Shown piece after piece: positions 1 to 9,715 of a DNA stretch of 64,000 nucleotides (its first letter is position 1; each line of letters starts with the position of its first letter). The notes beneath the pieces were generated by a model. That model had not been told where the DNA came from. It saw nothing but the letters and a program-made list of their open reading frames with translations, and ran no database searches. This DNA is from Deltaproteobacteria bacterium (lineage in GTDB: Bacteria > Myxococcota_A > Bradymonadia > REDH01): assembly GCA_007693585.1 (NCBI GenBank), contig REDH01000089.1:21323-85322 (forward strand), given 5' to 3'. The translations under genes and the position numbers were made by a program.

Positions 1-381
1 CCAGACCGTGTGCCCCCCCGCGGTCACGAGGCGCGCATCCAGGAGCGGGATCGTCGAGGTCTGCAAGGGTGTCTGCAGCCACAGCAGCGCAGCGACGAGC
101 ACGAACGTGGACGCCCACGGCAGCCCGGCCGCGATCAGCAGGGCACCGAAGAGGGACACGCGGAGCCATCGAAGCGGCCGGCCCGATCGATCGGCGGCGG
201 CGGTGATCCATGGTTGGCCGACGATGGAGATGGCCGTGCGCACGGCGAACAGGAGCCCGATCTGGAACGCCGTGAAGCCGAGGGACGCGAAGTGGACCGG
301 GAAGAAGGTCGCCATGATGCCGACCGATCCCAGATAGGTGAAGTAGATCCACCGCAGACTGTTCAGTTCGACCGGAGACAT
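1..381 (-). CDS. MFS transporter, N-terminal part (runs off window start)
   Basis: Not in the ORF track. ATG at 381 gives MSPVELNSLRWIYFTYLGSVGIMATFFPVHFASLGFTAFQIGLLFAVRTAISIVGQPWITAAADRSGRP..., with hydrophobic helices and a motif-A-like ADRSGR loop; open to position 1. Confidence 0.75.
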   Translation of the reverse strand, partial: MSPVELNSLRWIYFTYLGSVGIMATFFPVHFASLGFTAFQIGLLFAVRTAISIVGQPWITAAADRSGRPLRWLRVSLFGALLIAAGLPWASTFVLVAALLWLQTPLQTSTIPLLDARLVTAGGHTVW

Positions 382-589
382 CGCGGCCTGGGAGGGCTGG
401 ACGTCGTGGGCCGAGGGCCCACGTGCGGAGAGTGCGAAGTGCTTGCGGGAGTGCGAAGGGCGCCTAGAACACACCGCTCGGACCGTGATGCGGTGGCGGG
501 CTTCGGCGACCCGCAGTGTCCTGTGCGGCGCCCGCACCGGCGCGGGCCGGATTACCGCCGATCGTCACGATGGCCAATGGAAACATCCC

Positions 590-2341
590 ATGAGCGACTT
601 CCCTGCCCTCTTCCAGCTCAACCGGCGCGATGCTGCGACCGGCCTCGTCGAGCGGGTGCCCGCGATGGAGCGCGTCAACGCCCTGCTCGCCCATCCCGAG
701 GCGCAGCGGATCGTTCGTCAGATGGACGCACAGTCCCTGCATGACCTCATTGTCGAGCATGGTCTCTCGGACTCGAGCGAGTTGATCCAGCTCTGCTCCG
801 CCGAGCAGCAGCGCGCGTTTCTCGATTTCTCCATGTGGAGGCGCGATCGGCTGGAGCACGAGGAGTTGGAGCGCTGGCTCGAGGTGTTCCTGCAGCTCGA
901 GGATGGGGAGCTTGACCAGTTCCTCGATTCGCTCGATCCGGAGGTGCTGCCGCTGTGGTTGCGCGAGCACGTCGGGGTGCTCTTCTGGGAGCATGATCAG
1001 GACCTGCTCGACGCGGTCGATGCGCCGCTGATGTCGTCCCCCGACGGCGTGTACGCCCTCGTGGTGCCGGACGAGGAGCGTATCGGTCCCCTGCTGCGGC
1101 TGCTGCTCGAGCGCGTGTACAGCCTCGACATGGATCGGGGGAGGCGGCTGCTCGAGACCGTACGCTGGGAGCTCTCCGCCCAGCTCGAGGAGCAGGCCCA
1201 CGAGGCGCGATGGGCACGGCTTCAGGATCTGGGGTTCCCTTCCCCGGAGCAGGCTCCGGAGATCATCGCGTGGCTCGACCCGGGTGTCTGGAGGAGGCGC
1301 ATCCGCGAGCGAGCCCTCTCGGCCGAGACGCCCCCGATCGTTCTGACGGCGGGCTCGCTGCCGGTGCGCGAGCTCCATCTTCAGCGCTTCGAGGCGGCTC
1401 AGCTCGGCGGCGAACAGAGCGTCTTCATTCGGGCGCTCGGCGGCATCGGTCAGGTGTTTCCGGAAGCGCATGTCGAGCCGACCGCCGACGCCATCCTCTC
1501 CCAGTTCAGGGCGCTGGCCAATCACGTCCATGTCCTGGATGGAGCGGATGCCGGCGAGATCTCGGGCGCTCGTCAGGCTGTGGCGACAGCGGAGAGGCGG
1601 CTCTCCATCGCGCTTGAGCTCGTTGCGGGCGATGAGCTCCCGGTCGCCTCGCGTGCGCTGGGTACGGTTCCCCTGAAACTACTCCACCGGCTGGGCTACT
1701 CGGCGACGCAGCGCCTGCGGCAGACGGCCGTTGGGCTGGCCCGCCGGGGTCGGTTCCAGCATGTGGACCCGCCGTTCTCCCTGCTGGACCCGGAGGAACA
1801 GGATCGACTGCGCGGCCTGCTTCAGCCGGAGCCCCGTCTGGGTGAGTCGAGCGCGGCGGTGTTCCGTCGTGTGTCGGAGATCGAGGAGGCCGCGAGGCTT
1901 CTGGCCCGGATGGCGGCGGTGGAGCTTGTGCTGCTGGGGCAACCGGGCTGGAGTCGTGAGCAGTTGCTGGAGGGGTTCACCTCGCCCGCGGAGGACCCGC
2001 TGACCCCGATCGAGCTGCTGAGTCTGCGTGGGCTTGTCTGCACGCAGCTTCTGCGGGGCGATCTCCGGGAGTCGCCCGCTCCCGTTCCGATGGACGAGTT
2101 GCGGGGTCTGCTGTCCGTGTTCGTGGACGCGGCGGCGCTGCAGACGGCGCTTCTGGAGCGTGCGGAGGTGTGGCTGGACTCGACCGCCGTGGAGGATCGC
2201 GCTGCGCGCATCCTCGTCTCGGACTGGATCACCGGTGCCATTGCGCGTCTGGGAGACGAGCTCGGGTCGGGTTGCCCGGCCCAGGTGGACGACACCCTCC
2301 TGCTGACGGCGTTTGCCGTGGGTGGAGGGGGCCACTCCTGA
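590..2341 (+). CDS. DUF6178-like conserved deltaproteobacterial protein
   Basis: ORF 443..2341, start trimmed to ATG 590. The N-terminal pattern (RVNALLAHPEAQRIVRQM...QQRAFLDFSMWRRD; SPDGVY; RLQDLGFP) resembles the DUF6178 family. Confidence 0.6.
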   Translation: MSDFPALFQLNRRDAATGLVERVPAMERVNALLAHPEAQRIVRQMDAQSLHDLIVEHGLSDSSELIQLCSAEQQRAFLDFSMWRRDRLEHEELERWLEVFLQLEDGELDQFLDSLDPEVLPLWLREHVGVLFWEHDQDLLDAVDAPLMSSPDGVYALVVPDEERIGPLLRLLLERVYSLDMDRGRRLLETVRWELSAQLEEQAHEARWARLQDLGFPSPEQAPEIIAWLDPGVWRRRIRERALSAETPPIVLTAGSLPVRELHLQRFEAAQLGGEQSVFIRALGGIGQVFPEAHVEPTADAILSQFRALANHVHVLDGADAGEISGARQAVATAERRLSIALELVAGDELPVASRALGTVPLKLLHRLGYSATQRLRQTAVGLARRGRFQHVDPPFSLLDPEEQDRLRGLLQPEPRLGESSAAVFRRVSEIEEAARLLARMAAVELVLLGQPGWSREQLLEGFTSPAEDPLTPIELLSLRGLVCTQLLRGDLRESPAPVPMDELRGLLSVFVDAAALQTALLERAEVWLDSTAVEDRAARILVSDWITGAIARLGDELGSGCPAQVDDTLLLTAFAVGGGGHS

Positions 2342-2464
2342 GCTCCGGGGGGGGCCGAGTGGGGCTGCATCGGTGCTTCGTGGACACGGAACGCGGTGCA
2401 GGGTGCGTGCCGGTGTCGCTCGATCGGCGTGTGATTCGTTCGATGCGGGTTCGCGTCGCGAACT

Positions 2465-3265
2465 TCAGAACGTGGGTTCGCAGACGCCGAGCGGGTCCCC
2501 GTTGGGGAGGGCGGTCATGATGGGGCACACGAGTCTGCAATCGATGGGGTAGTCCTGGCCGATGATGGACTCGCAGATGCCGCCTGCGCCCTCGTCACCG
2601 CCGGTCAGGTTTCTGCAGTTGGGTGTGATGTCGGCGGCGAGATCGATGGCGTTCGGGGGGATGAAGACGAGGCAGCCCTTGCAGACCTCGACGGGGAAGG
2701 AGAACTCGTTGGACTCGACGTCCCGTCCTCCGGACGTGGTTCCGAAGACGCGCACGCGGACGTTGAGCTGGAAGGAGTCTCCGCGATTGCGCAGGAGGGG
2801 GGATTCCCGAAGGATCGAGCCGAGTTCAGACGGGATGACATCGAGCCGTCCGAAGTTCGTGCCCCGGGGGCTGATGGTTCCGGAGAGGCGGATGCGTTGC
2901 ACGGACGGGAGGGGGACACCGATGCCGTCGGGCGCGTCGTAGCGGATTTCGGCCCGGTCGATCGCGATGAGGTTGGCTTCCCAGGCCGTTCCCTGGTTTC
3001 CGCGCGGGCTGCCGCCGGCCGGGGTGACGGAGCCGGACGGTGCGAGCGTGGACGAGAAGCGTGGCGACATGAGGTAGTTGTCGCGCATGTAGACGTCGAA
3101 CGTACCTCGGGCGAGGTAGGATCCTGCGGAGGTATCGCACGACTCGTCGATGATGCCGTTCTCGAAGATCCAGATCTCCGGGGATTCGTCTGCACAGCCG
3201 GAGAGGAGGGCGATTCCGAGGGTACTGGCGGTGAGGATCAGGACGGGAAGGATGGCGGATCGCAT
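2465..3265 (-). CDS. hypothetical lipoprotein, Cys-rich C-terminus, last gene of the pilMNOPQ-aroKB run
   Basis: Signal peptide with lipobox LLSGC; AAGGAG RBS overlapping the aroB stop; several Cys (VCKGC, NC, IC, DC, VC). Confidence 0.8.
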   Translation of the reverse strand: MRSAILPVLILTASTLGIALLSGCADESPEIWIFENGIIDESCDTSAGSYLARGTFDVYMRDNYLMSPRFSSTLAPSGSVTPAGGSPRGNQGTAWEANLIAIDRAEIRYDAPDGIGVPLPSVQRIRLSGTISPRGTNFGRLDVIPSELGSILRESPLLRNRGDSFQLNVRVRVFGTTSGGRDVESNEFSFPVEVCKGCLVFIPPNAIDLAADITPNCRNLTGGDEGAGGICESIIGQDYPIDCRLVCPIMTALPNGDPLGVCEPTF

Positions 3266-3274
3266 AGAGCCTCC

Positions 3275-4381
3275 TTAGCGGGCGGTTGCTGCGTCAGGGG
3301 TGACCGTGAGGGGAGCCCCATCGGCTAGCCATACGGCGAGGTCGTTCGGAGCGGTGGGATGAAGGACAAGGGAGCCGGGTTGCTGGACGAGGATGAGCTG
3401 GACGTCGTCCTGCAGGCGCTTCTTGTCCCGCCGGAGAAGTGTGGTCCATGTGTCGGCGGGAAGGGTCGGAGCGTCGGTCGGCAGTCCGAGCGTCTCGAGG
3501 AGCGAGCGGAGCCGTGTCTCGAGTCCCGTTTCGGTGTCGATAAACTGGCGGGAAGCGCGAGCCGCGAGGACCATTCCCATGGCCACGGCCTCGCCGTGGT
3601 TGAAGTCGCCGTACCCGGTCGCGGTCTCGATCACGTGCGCGAAGGTGTGGCCCAGGTTGAGGAGCTTTCGTGCTCCGGACTCTCGGTAGTCCTGCTCGAC
3701 GATGGTGCACTTGGTGCTTGCTGCCGAGAGGATGGCGCGTCGCGAGGCGTCGGGGTCGCGGGCGGCGAGTTGCCGGGCGTCCTCCTCGAGGGCGACGAGT
3801 GCTTCCTCGCCCTCGATCAGGGCGGACTTCACCACTTCGGCGAGCCCTGCGGCGAACTCGCGTTGCGGGAGCGTGTCGAGGAGGGGGTACCAGTGGAGGA
3901 CGCGCTCCGGGGCGGCGAAGGCGCCGACGAGGTTCTTCCCCTTGAGGTTGAAGCCGCACTTTCCGCCGATGGCAGCGTCGCACATGGCGAGAACGGTGGT
4001 CGGTACCTGCACGAAGCGGATGCCGCGCAGGATGGTGGCAGCGACGAAAGCGGCGAGGTCTCCGGTGACGCCTCCGCCGAGAGCGACGATGCAGTCTTCG
4101 CGTCGAACTTCGAGCTGGATGAGGCTGGCCCAGAGCGCGGCGACGGTCTCGAGGGACTTGTGTTCCTCGCCGGGCTCGATGACGAGTGTGTGGACTTCGG
4201 CGCCGTGGCGCTGCAGGGCAGCGTCCAGCGCCGCGCCGTGGAGGGCGTCCACGTTGGCGTCGCTGATGCGGAACAATCGAGCGCCGGGCGCGGTCTCGAG
4301 GAGGGCGGTGGCGAGGTCGTCGACTGATCCTTCCACGATCCTGGGTGGCTGAGCGGCCTTGTGTTCAGGACTGGAGTTCAC
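3275..4381 (-). CDS. aroB: 3-dehydroquinate synthase
   Basis: Motifs GEEHKS, ALGGGVTGD, QVPTTVLAMCDAAIGGK, LNLGHTFAH, HGEAVAMG, DKK; start trimmed to GTG 4381. Confidence 0.95.
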   Translation of the reverse strand: MNSSPEHKAAQPPRIVEGSVDDLATALLETAPGARLFRISDANVDALHGAALDAALQRHGAEVHTLVIEPGEEHKSLETVAALWASLIQLEVRREDCIVALGGGVTGDLAAFVAATILRGIRFVQVPTTVLAMCDAAIGGKCGFNLKGKNLVGAFAAPERVLHWYPLLDTLPQREFAAGLAEVVKSALIEGEEALVALEEDARQLAARDPDASRRAILSAASTKCTIVEQDYRESGARKLLNLGHTFAHVIETATGYGDFNHGEAVAMGMVLAARASRQFIDTETGLETRLRSLLETLGLPTDAPTLPADTWTTLLRRDKKRLQDDVQLILVQQPGSLVLHPTAPNDLAVWLADGAPLTVTPDAATAR

Positions 4382-4892
4382 GGGCGATCTCGGCTGCGAT
4401 GTCCTTGGGTTCGCGCCCATCGGTGCGAACGGTGCGAGCACACTGACGATAGAGGGCTTCTCGTTCGGAGAGTAGCAGATTCCATCGAGCGGCCGGATCT
4501 TCGGTGGCGAGGAGAGGCCGGGAAGCGGCGGGGTTCCATCCGATGCGCCGCAGGGCCTCGTCGGCCGAGACGGCCAGATAGATGGAGAGGACATCGGGGT
4601 GCAGGCACCGTCTCCGGAAGTCCGCGGAGAGGACGGCCCCGCCGCCGGTGGCGAGCACACAACCTTCCGTGGTATCCAGGAGCTGGATGCCGAGTCGTTG
4701 TTCGATGTCACGGAAGGAAGGTTCACCGGCGGTCTCGAAGAGTTCGGGGATGCATTTCCCGGTGTGTTGCTCGATGGCGGTGTCGAGGTCGAGGAAGGGT
4801 CTGCCCAGGTTTCGGGCGAGGAGTCGGCCCACGGTGCTCTTTCCTGCGCCCATGGGCCCGACGAGCACGACATGGTGGAGTTCAGTCTTCAC
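4365..4892 (-). CDS. aroK: shikimate kinase
   Basis: P-loop GPMGAGKST, DLD, GEPSFR, ATGGG, RPLL; classic pilQ-aroK-aroB synteny. Confidence 0.95.
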   Translation of the reverse strand: MKTELHHVVLVGPMGAGKSTVGRLLARNLGRPFLDLDTAIEQHTGKCIPELFETAGEPSFRDIEQRLGIQLLDTTEGCVLATGGGAVLSADFRRRCLHPDVLSIYLAVSADEALRRIGWNPAASRPLLATEDPAARWNLLLSEREALYRQCARTVRTDGREPKDIAAEIARELQS

Positions 4893-7764
4893 GGGGCGGG
4901 GTGATTTCCTCGCCTCGACCGATGCGATCGATGGAGAGGTCGCGGTTCACGACGCGCGGGGTGATGAAGACGAGCAGTTCGTTTCGGACATCGGTCTGCG
5001 AGCTGTTTCGGAACAGGGGTCCGAGGATCGGGAGGTTGCCGAAGAAGGGAACGCTCGCTGTCGACGTACCGGTGTTTCGCTGGAAGATGCCACCGATGAC
5101 GGTGGTGTCGCCATCCCGGACGAGGAGCTGCGTGCTGGCCTGTCGGCGGATGATGGACGGGTCTCCACCGGCGCCGGTTCGCTCGAAGTCGGGTTCGCTC
5201 TTGTTGACGTTGACGTCCATGTAGATGAACCCGTCGGGGGTCACGCGCGGCGTGACGGTGAGCTGCACCTGGGCGTCGAAGAACACGGTGTTGGCGCCGG
5301 CCGCCGAGACGGTGCGGACGGGGATGGAGACACCGGACGAGATGGTGGCGGATTCGTTGTCGAGGGTGGTGATGCGCGGAGCGCTCACGATCTTCGCGGT
5401 TCCCTGGAGCTCTGCTGCGGAGAGCCGCAGGTTGAGGTTCAGTGCGCCGCCGAGGCTTCCGAGGGTGAGACCGATGGCGCCACCTTCGCCGGTGCCTGCG
5501 GGTGCCGGGAGGTTGACGGCGAAGTTGGGGTTGGAGGCAGTACCTGCTGTCGGCGTCTGGCCGTCGGTCGACCCGCCTGCGACACCGATGCTGGACGGGA
5601 AGCGGAGTCCCGTGGCGTTTCCGATCGCCTGGTCGGCGACGAACGCTCCACCCCACTGGATGCCGAGCTGACGCCGGAAGCTGTCGTTGGTCTCGACGAT
5701 CCGGGCCTCGATCAGGATCTGGGGGGTCTGGGTGTCGAGTTGGCGGGCGAGGGACTCTACCGTGTCGAGGTTGTTCCGGATGTCGGTCACGATGAGGGTG
5801 TTGGTCCGGTTGTCGAGGGCGACGGAGCCGCGGCTGGACAGCATGGGTCGCACGAGGCCCTGGACCTGACTGGCGTTGGCGTACGAGATGGGGACCATTC
5901 GTACGGCGAGGGGCTCGACCTCGAACGTCTCTGCCATGCGTTGGAGCTGGCGTTCGTGCTCGGCCTCGAAGACGGACATCGGTGCGACGCGGATGATGCT
6001 TCCTTCCTGTTCCCAGCCGAGGTTCTGGCTTCGGAGGATGAGGGTGAAGGCCTCGTCGAGCGGCACGCTGCGCAGGCGAAGGGTGATGCTTCCCCGGACG
6101 TCGCTGCCGGCGACGATGTTGACGTTCCCCTCGTCGGCGAGCAACCGGAGCACGTTCTCGATGTCGGCGTTGCGGAGGTCGATGGAGATGCGCTTCTGCG
6201 CCATGCGGGGGCGCCGGACACGGGGGTCACCGGGCACCGGGCCGGACTGTGCGGGCTGCATCTGCGGCCGCCGCTGCGAGACGGTGAGGTGTTCGTGTTC
6301 GGCGGGCGAGGGGCGGCCGGCAGCGATTCCTTCGACACCGTCCATCGCCGTGAATTCCCACACAAGGCGGTCACCGTCGCGGCGAAGGAGCTCTGCGGCT
6401 GCACCGCGGGTTTCGGCGACCACCACAGTTCGCCCATCCTCGTCCACGAAGGACGCGATGCTCTCCACGGGTCCGGCGAGCGCGCTGGTGTCGACGCGTC
6501 GACGCAGGTGTTCGGCGAGGCTGACACCCTCGAAGACGACCGCCATCCGTTCGCTGTCCCAGGCCTCCGCGGTGTAACGGGCCCGCTCGCTCACCTCGAT
6601 GATCACGCGGCTGACCTCGCCTTCCTGCTCGAAGCGCACATCGCGGATGCGGAGGGGCTGCCGGCTTTCGGGCTCGGGGCGTGCATCCTCCCGCGGGGCA
6701 GCGGCTTCCACCGGGGCCACTTGTCGTCGCTGCGCGCGGAGGGCATCGAGTTCCTGTTCCCGTTCCGCGATCTCCCCCTGGGCGGCGGCGAGCTCGCTTC
6801 TCAGGGCATCGAGTTCCTCGCTCGAGCTGCGGTCCATCTCCTCTCCGTTCGCGGCAAGCTCGGCGACCCGGGCCTCGAGCTGCGCCTCGCGGGCCTGCAG
6901 GGCTTCGACCTGCGCCAGCGACGCCTGGAGTGCGGCCTCGCGCTCTCGGAGCTGTGCGGCTTCCGCCTCGGCCTGCGCGGAGCGGGTCTGTGCGGCCCGG
7001 GCTTCGGAGCGCGCCGCCTCCGCGTCCGCCTGCGCGCTGGCGGCCCGCCGAGCGGCAGCATCGCGCTCGGCCTCTGCTCTGGCGAGTCGCTGCTCGAGGT
7101 CATCGCTGCGCGCGGCGAGTTCGGCACTGCGCGCCTCCGACGCGGTCAATTCACTGCGGGCCTGCCGCAGGTCGCTCTCGAGGCGCTCTCGCGCTGCACG
7201 TTCGCTGGAGGCCTGCTCCCGAAGAATGTCGGCTTCGCGGGAGTCACCGCGGGCGTCCGCTGCGCGGGCTGCCTCTTCCAGCGCCTGCGCCCGCTCGAGC
7301 GCCGCGGCGAGCTGCTCTTCGAGGTCCTGCGCACTCGCCGTTCCAGGGGCGCGGCGTCCGGCGCCGTCGACCTGGACGACCAGGCTGCGTCCCTGCACTT
7401 CGACATCGTAGAGGGCATCCTGGTCGAGGGCGATCATGACCCGTACGGCGTTCGCGCGACCATCGGGCCGCGCGTCGACGCTGACCCGTCCGACGACCCC
7501 GTTGCCGACGTCGACCGAGGCGAGCGAGCCTGCGGCCTCGGCGCCGGAGAAGTCGATGAAGATCCGGCTGGGGTTCCGAAGTTGGTACGCCGAGTACGTG
7601 GGCTGGGTGGAGCCGACGATCCGGATATGCGTCGCGTCGGGCGCCTCGTCGATCTCGACGCTGGACAGCCGGTTGGTGGCGCCCTGTGCCTGGGCCGAGG
7701 TCGCCACCGCCAGCGACGCCGTGAGGGCGAGGGCGAGGATGGTGAGAAGGGGCTTTGCGCTCAT
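4882..7764 (-). CDS. pilQ: type IV pilus secretin PilQ (two AMIN-like domains separated by a coiled coil)
   Basis: Signal peptide from ATG 7764 (GGAG RBS); AMIN-like LRNPSRIFIDF; N0 RISIDLRNADI; DNRTNTLIVTD; QILIEARIVE; VPFFGNLPILGPLF; ELLVFITPR. Confidence 0.95.
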   Translation of the reverse strand: MSAKPLLTILALALTASLAVATSAQAQGATNRLSSVEIDEAPDATHIRIVGSTQPTYSAYQLRNPSRIFIDFSGAEAAGSLASVDVGNGVVGRVSVDARPDGRANAVRVMIALDQDALYDVEVQGRSLVVQVDGAGRRAPGTASAQDLEEQLAAALERAQALEEAARAADARGDSREADILREQASSERAARERLESDLRQARSELTASEARSAELAARSDDLEQRLARAEAERDAAARRAASAQADAEAARSEARAAQTRSAQAEAEAAQLREREAALQASLAQVEALQAREAQLEARVAELAANGEEMDRSSSEELDALRSELAAAQGEIAEREQELDALRAQRRQVAPVEAAAPREDARPEPESRQPLRIRDVRFEQEGEVSRVIIEVSERARYTAEAWDSERMAVVFEGVSLAEHLRRRVDTSALAGPVESIASFVDEDGRTVVVAETRGAAAELLRRDGDRLVWEFTAMDGVEGIAAGRPSPAEHEHLTVSQRRPQMQPAQSGPVPGDPRVRRPRMAQKRISIDLRNADIENVLRLLADEGNVNIVAGSDVRGSITLRLRSVPLDEAFTLILRSQNLGWEQEGSIIRVAPMSVFEAEHERQLQRMAETFEVEPLAVRMVPISYANASQVQGLVRPMLSSRGSVALDNRTNTLIVTDIRNNLDTVESLARQLDTQTPQILIEARIVETNDSFRRQLGIQWGGAFVADQAIGNATGLRFPSSIGVAGGSTDGQTPTAGTASNPNFAVNLPAPAGTGEGGAIGLTLGSLGGALNLNLRLSAAELQGTAKIVSAPRITTLDNESATISSGVSIPVRTVSAAGANTVFFDAQVQLTVTPRVTPDGFIYMDVNVNKSEPDFERTGAGGDPSIIRRQASTQLLVRDGDTTVIGGIFQRNTGTSTASVPFFGNLPILGPLFRNSSQTDVRNELLVFITPRVVNRDLSIDRIGRGEEITPPRED

Positions 7765-7882
7765 GACGCTCTCCAGGGGAATCGACAGTTCGGACAGCTT
7801 GGTTTCAGCGGTGCCTGCGCGAGCCGGCCTGACAGCGAGTGGACGCCGCATCGCCGCAGAACGCAAAATTCCGGAGTGGAAA

Positions 7883-8470
7883 TCAGTCTTCATCGTTGCC
7901 ATTTCGCTCCACCTCTGCGTCGATGGGCTGCTCGCTGAGCACGAGGATTACCCGTCTTCGGTCATCCTCGTCCCCGAACGTACTGATCACGACCTCGTTG
8001 TCCCGGATGACCTCGATGCGCCGTGTGCAGCGCGGCCCGATGCGTGCACCCTCCGTCGCGATGATGGCCTGCGAGGTGCCCGGGGGGACGATGAGTGCCC
8101 GAGGCACCGGCGTTCCCGTGATGAGCCCGAGCAGCCGAAGTTGCCTCGCCTCGAAGAGTCCCAGCGGGTTGGTTGCGGGGTCGCAGTCCATCTCCACGGC
8201 GCGGTCGAGTCCGGGTCCGGCTTCGGTCAGGAATGGTGGACTGAAGGGGTCCCGGGCCGTACGCGAGAACTGATGACGCTCGATGTCCACGAGGGTCGGA
8301 GGTTCACTCTCGTCGAGTTCGACGGTCCCTCGATCCCGCGGTGCGGGTGGCGGACCCGGATCGAAGGTGGGCGAGCCGCATCCCCAGAGCGTGGCCAGGA
8401 GAAGTACGGAGAGGCTGCGGGCGATCGCGCCCGCGCTTCGCCCGTGAGGTGTGGCGTTGTTCAGTTGCAT
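7883..8470 (-). CDS. pilP: type IV pilus lipoprotein PilP
   Basis: Start trimmed to ATG 8470; lipobox LWGC; RDPF, PLGLFEARQLRLLG, ALIVPPG and GARIG motifs; position between pilO and pilQ. Confidence 0.85.
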   Translation of the reverse strand: MQLNNATPHGRSAGAIARSLSVLLLATLWGCGSPTFDPGPPPAPRDRGTVELDESEPPTLVDIERHQFSRTARDPFSPPFLTEAGPGLDRAVEMDCDPATNPLGLFEARQLRLLGLITGTPVPRALIVPPGTSQAIIATEGARIGPRCTRRIEVIRDNEVVISTFGDEDDRRRVILVLSEQPIDAEVERNGNDED

Positions 8471-9075
8471 GCCTCGACTCCCTGTGTGCTCTCGGGATCC
8501 GTGTAGTAGGTGGCCAGGTTGAACTGCGCCCGGAGGATGGGGCCCCCTGCCTCGTCCGCTCGACCGCGCGTCGACGCGGAACGGGCGAGGTTGATGTTGC
8601 GGATGTTCATGATCCGCGGCTGGCGGCTGAGCCCGTAGAAGAAGTCCGAGATCTGATCGTACGTGCCCTGGACGTTGATGGCCATGGGGATGGTCATGTA
8701 GTCCCGGCCGGAGGAGGCGCCGCTGATGTCCTGCACCTCGAGGCTGACGGCGGCGATCTGGGCCTGCTGCTGCAGGGTGACGAGCAGCGGCTCGATCTGC
8801 GGGCCGATCGGCAGTCGCTCGACGAAGACCTGCTGCCATTCGCACTGCTGCGCCACTTCGGCGCGCACGCGCTCGATGTCGTCCGCCTCGGCCATGAGTT
8901 CGGCCTGGCGGGCATACTGGCGTTCCAGACGGGACTTGGCCCGATCGATGTCCTCCTGCTGGCCGGAGTACACGATGAAGTAGAACGCGACGAAGATACC
9001 CACGGCCACCAGAAGCAGCAGCGCCAGCTTCTGTGGCCCCGGGATACGATCGAACTGGTCGAGGATCTCGCTCAT
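8461..9075 (-). CDS. pilO: type IV pilus assembly protein PilO
   Basis: N-terminal TM helix, coiled coil, then IPMAINVQGTYDQISDFFYGLSRQPRIMNI; start trimmed to ATG 9075. Confidence 0.9.
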   Translation of the reverse strand: MSEILDQFDRIPGPQKLALLLLVAVGIFVAFYFIVYSGQQEDIDRAKSRLERQYARQAELMAEADDIERVRAEVAQQCEWQQVFVERLPIGPQIEPLLVTLQQQAQIAAVSLEVQDISGASSGRDYMTIPMAINVQGTYDQISDFFYGLSRQPRIMNIRNINLARSASTRGRADEAGGPILRAQFNLATYYTDPESTQGVEACN

Positions 9076-9085
9076 GATGGCTCCT

Positions 9086-9715
9086 TCAGCCTTGCTCGTC
9101 GCCGAGGCCGTAGTTGACCCGCGCTTCCATGCGGAAGGTGTAGATGCGCCCCAGCGCAGCATCGCTGCCTGCCGTCACGTTGAGGATCCGGACATTCGAG
9201 AAGTAGGGGGACATGCGCAGCCGGAGGTGGAACTCGGCGACATCGTCGTTGCTCATGGCCCGCCCCTCGAAGGACAGCCTGCGATCGGACTCGTTGAACG
9301 AGTTGATCCAGACCTGCGTGGGATCCCAGGAGGTGGCCCACCCCTGCTCCTCCTGCGTGATCCGCTCGAGCTCGTCGACGGGGGGGTTGAGGATCCGCTT
9401 GAACTCGTCGAGCACCTGCACGGGTCCTGCCCGATGGGCCTCGAGTTCTGCGAGCACGTCCGCCGTCTGCTGGAGCTGGTTGAGCTGCTGCCGCAGGGTG
9501 GTGAGTTCCTGATTCTGTCGCTCGAGCTCCTGGACACGATTCTCCGCCACGCGGACGTGCCCCTGAATCTGTTCGAGCTGATCGTTCTGGCGCGAGTAGA
9601 TGACGAAGAGCAGCACCAGCTCGATGAGGATGATCAGCGCACCGATCAGCAGCTGCTGCTTGCCGAACTCGCGCTGACGGGCCTGGCGAACCGGGAGTAG
9701 GTTGATCCGGATCAT
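9086..9715 (-). CDS. pilN: type IV pilus assembly protein PilN
   Basis: MIRINLLP motif, TM helix, coiled coil, VWINSF...GRAMSNDDVAEF...SPYF. Confidence 0.93.
   Translation of the reverse strand: MIRINLLPVRQARQREFGKQQLLIGALIILIELVLLFVIYSRQNDQLEQIQGHVRVAENRVQELERQNQELTTLRQQLNQLQQTADVLAELEAHRAGPVQVLDEFKRILNPPVDELERITQEEQGWATSWDPTQVWINSFNESDRRLSFEGRAMSNDDVAEFHLRLRMSPYFSNVRILNVTAGSDAALGRIYTFRMEARVNYGLGDEQG

Noticed and set aside
4582..7938. 1118-aa + strand ORF
   Set aside because: Antisense shadow of pilQ; stop-poor because of GC bias.
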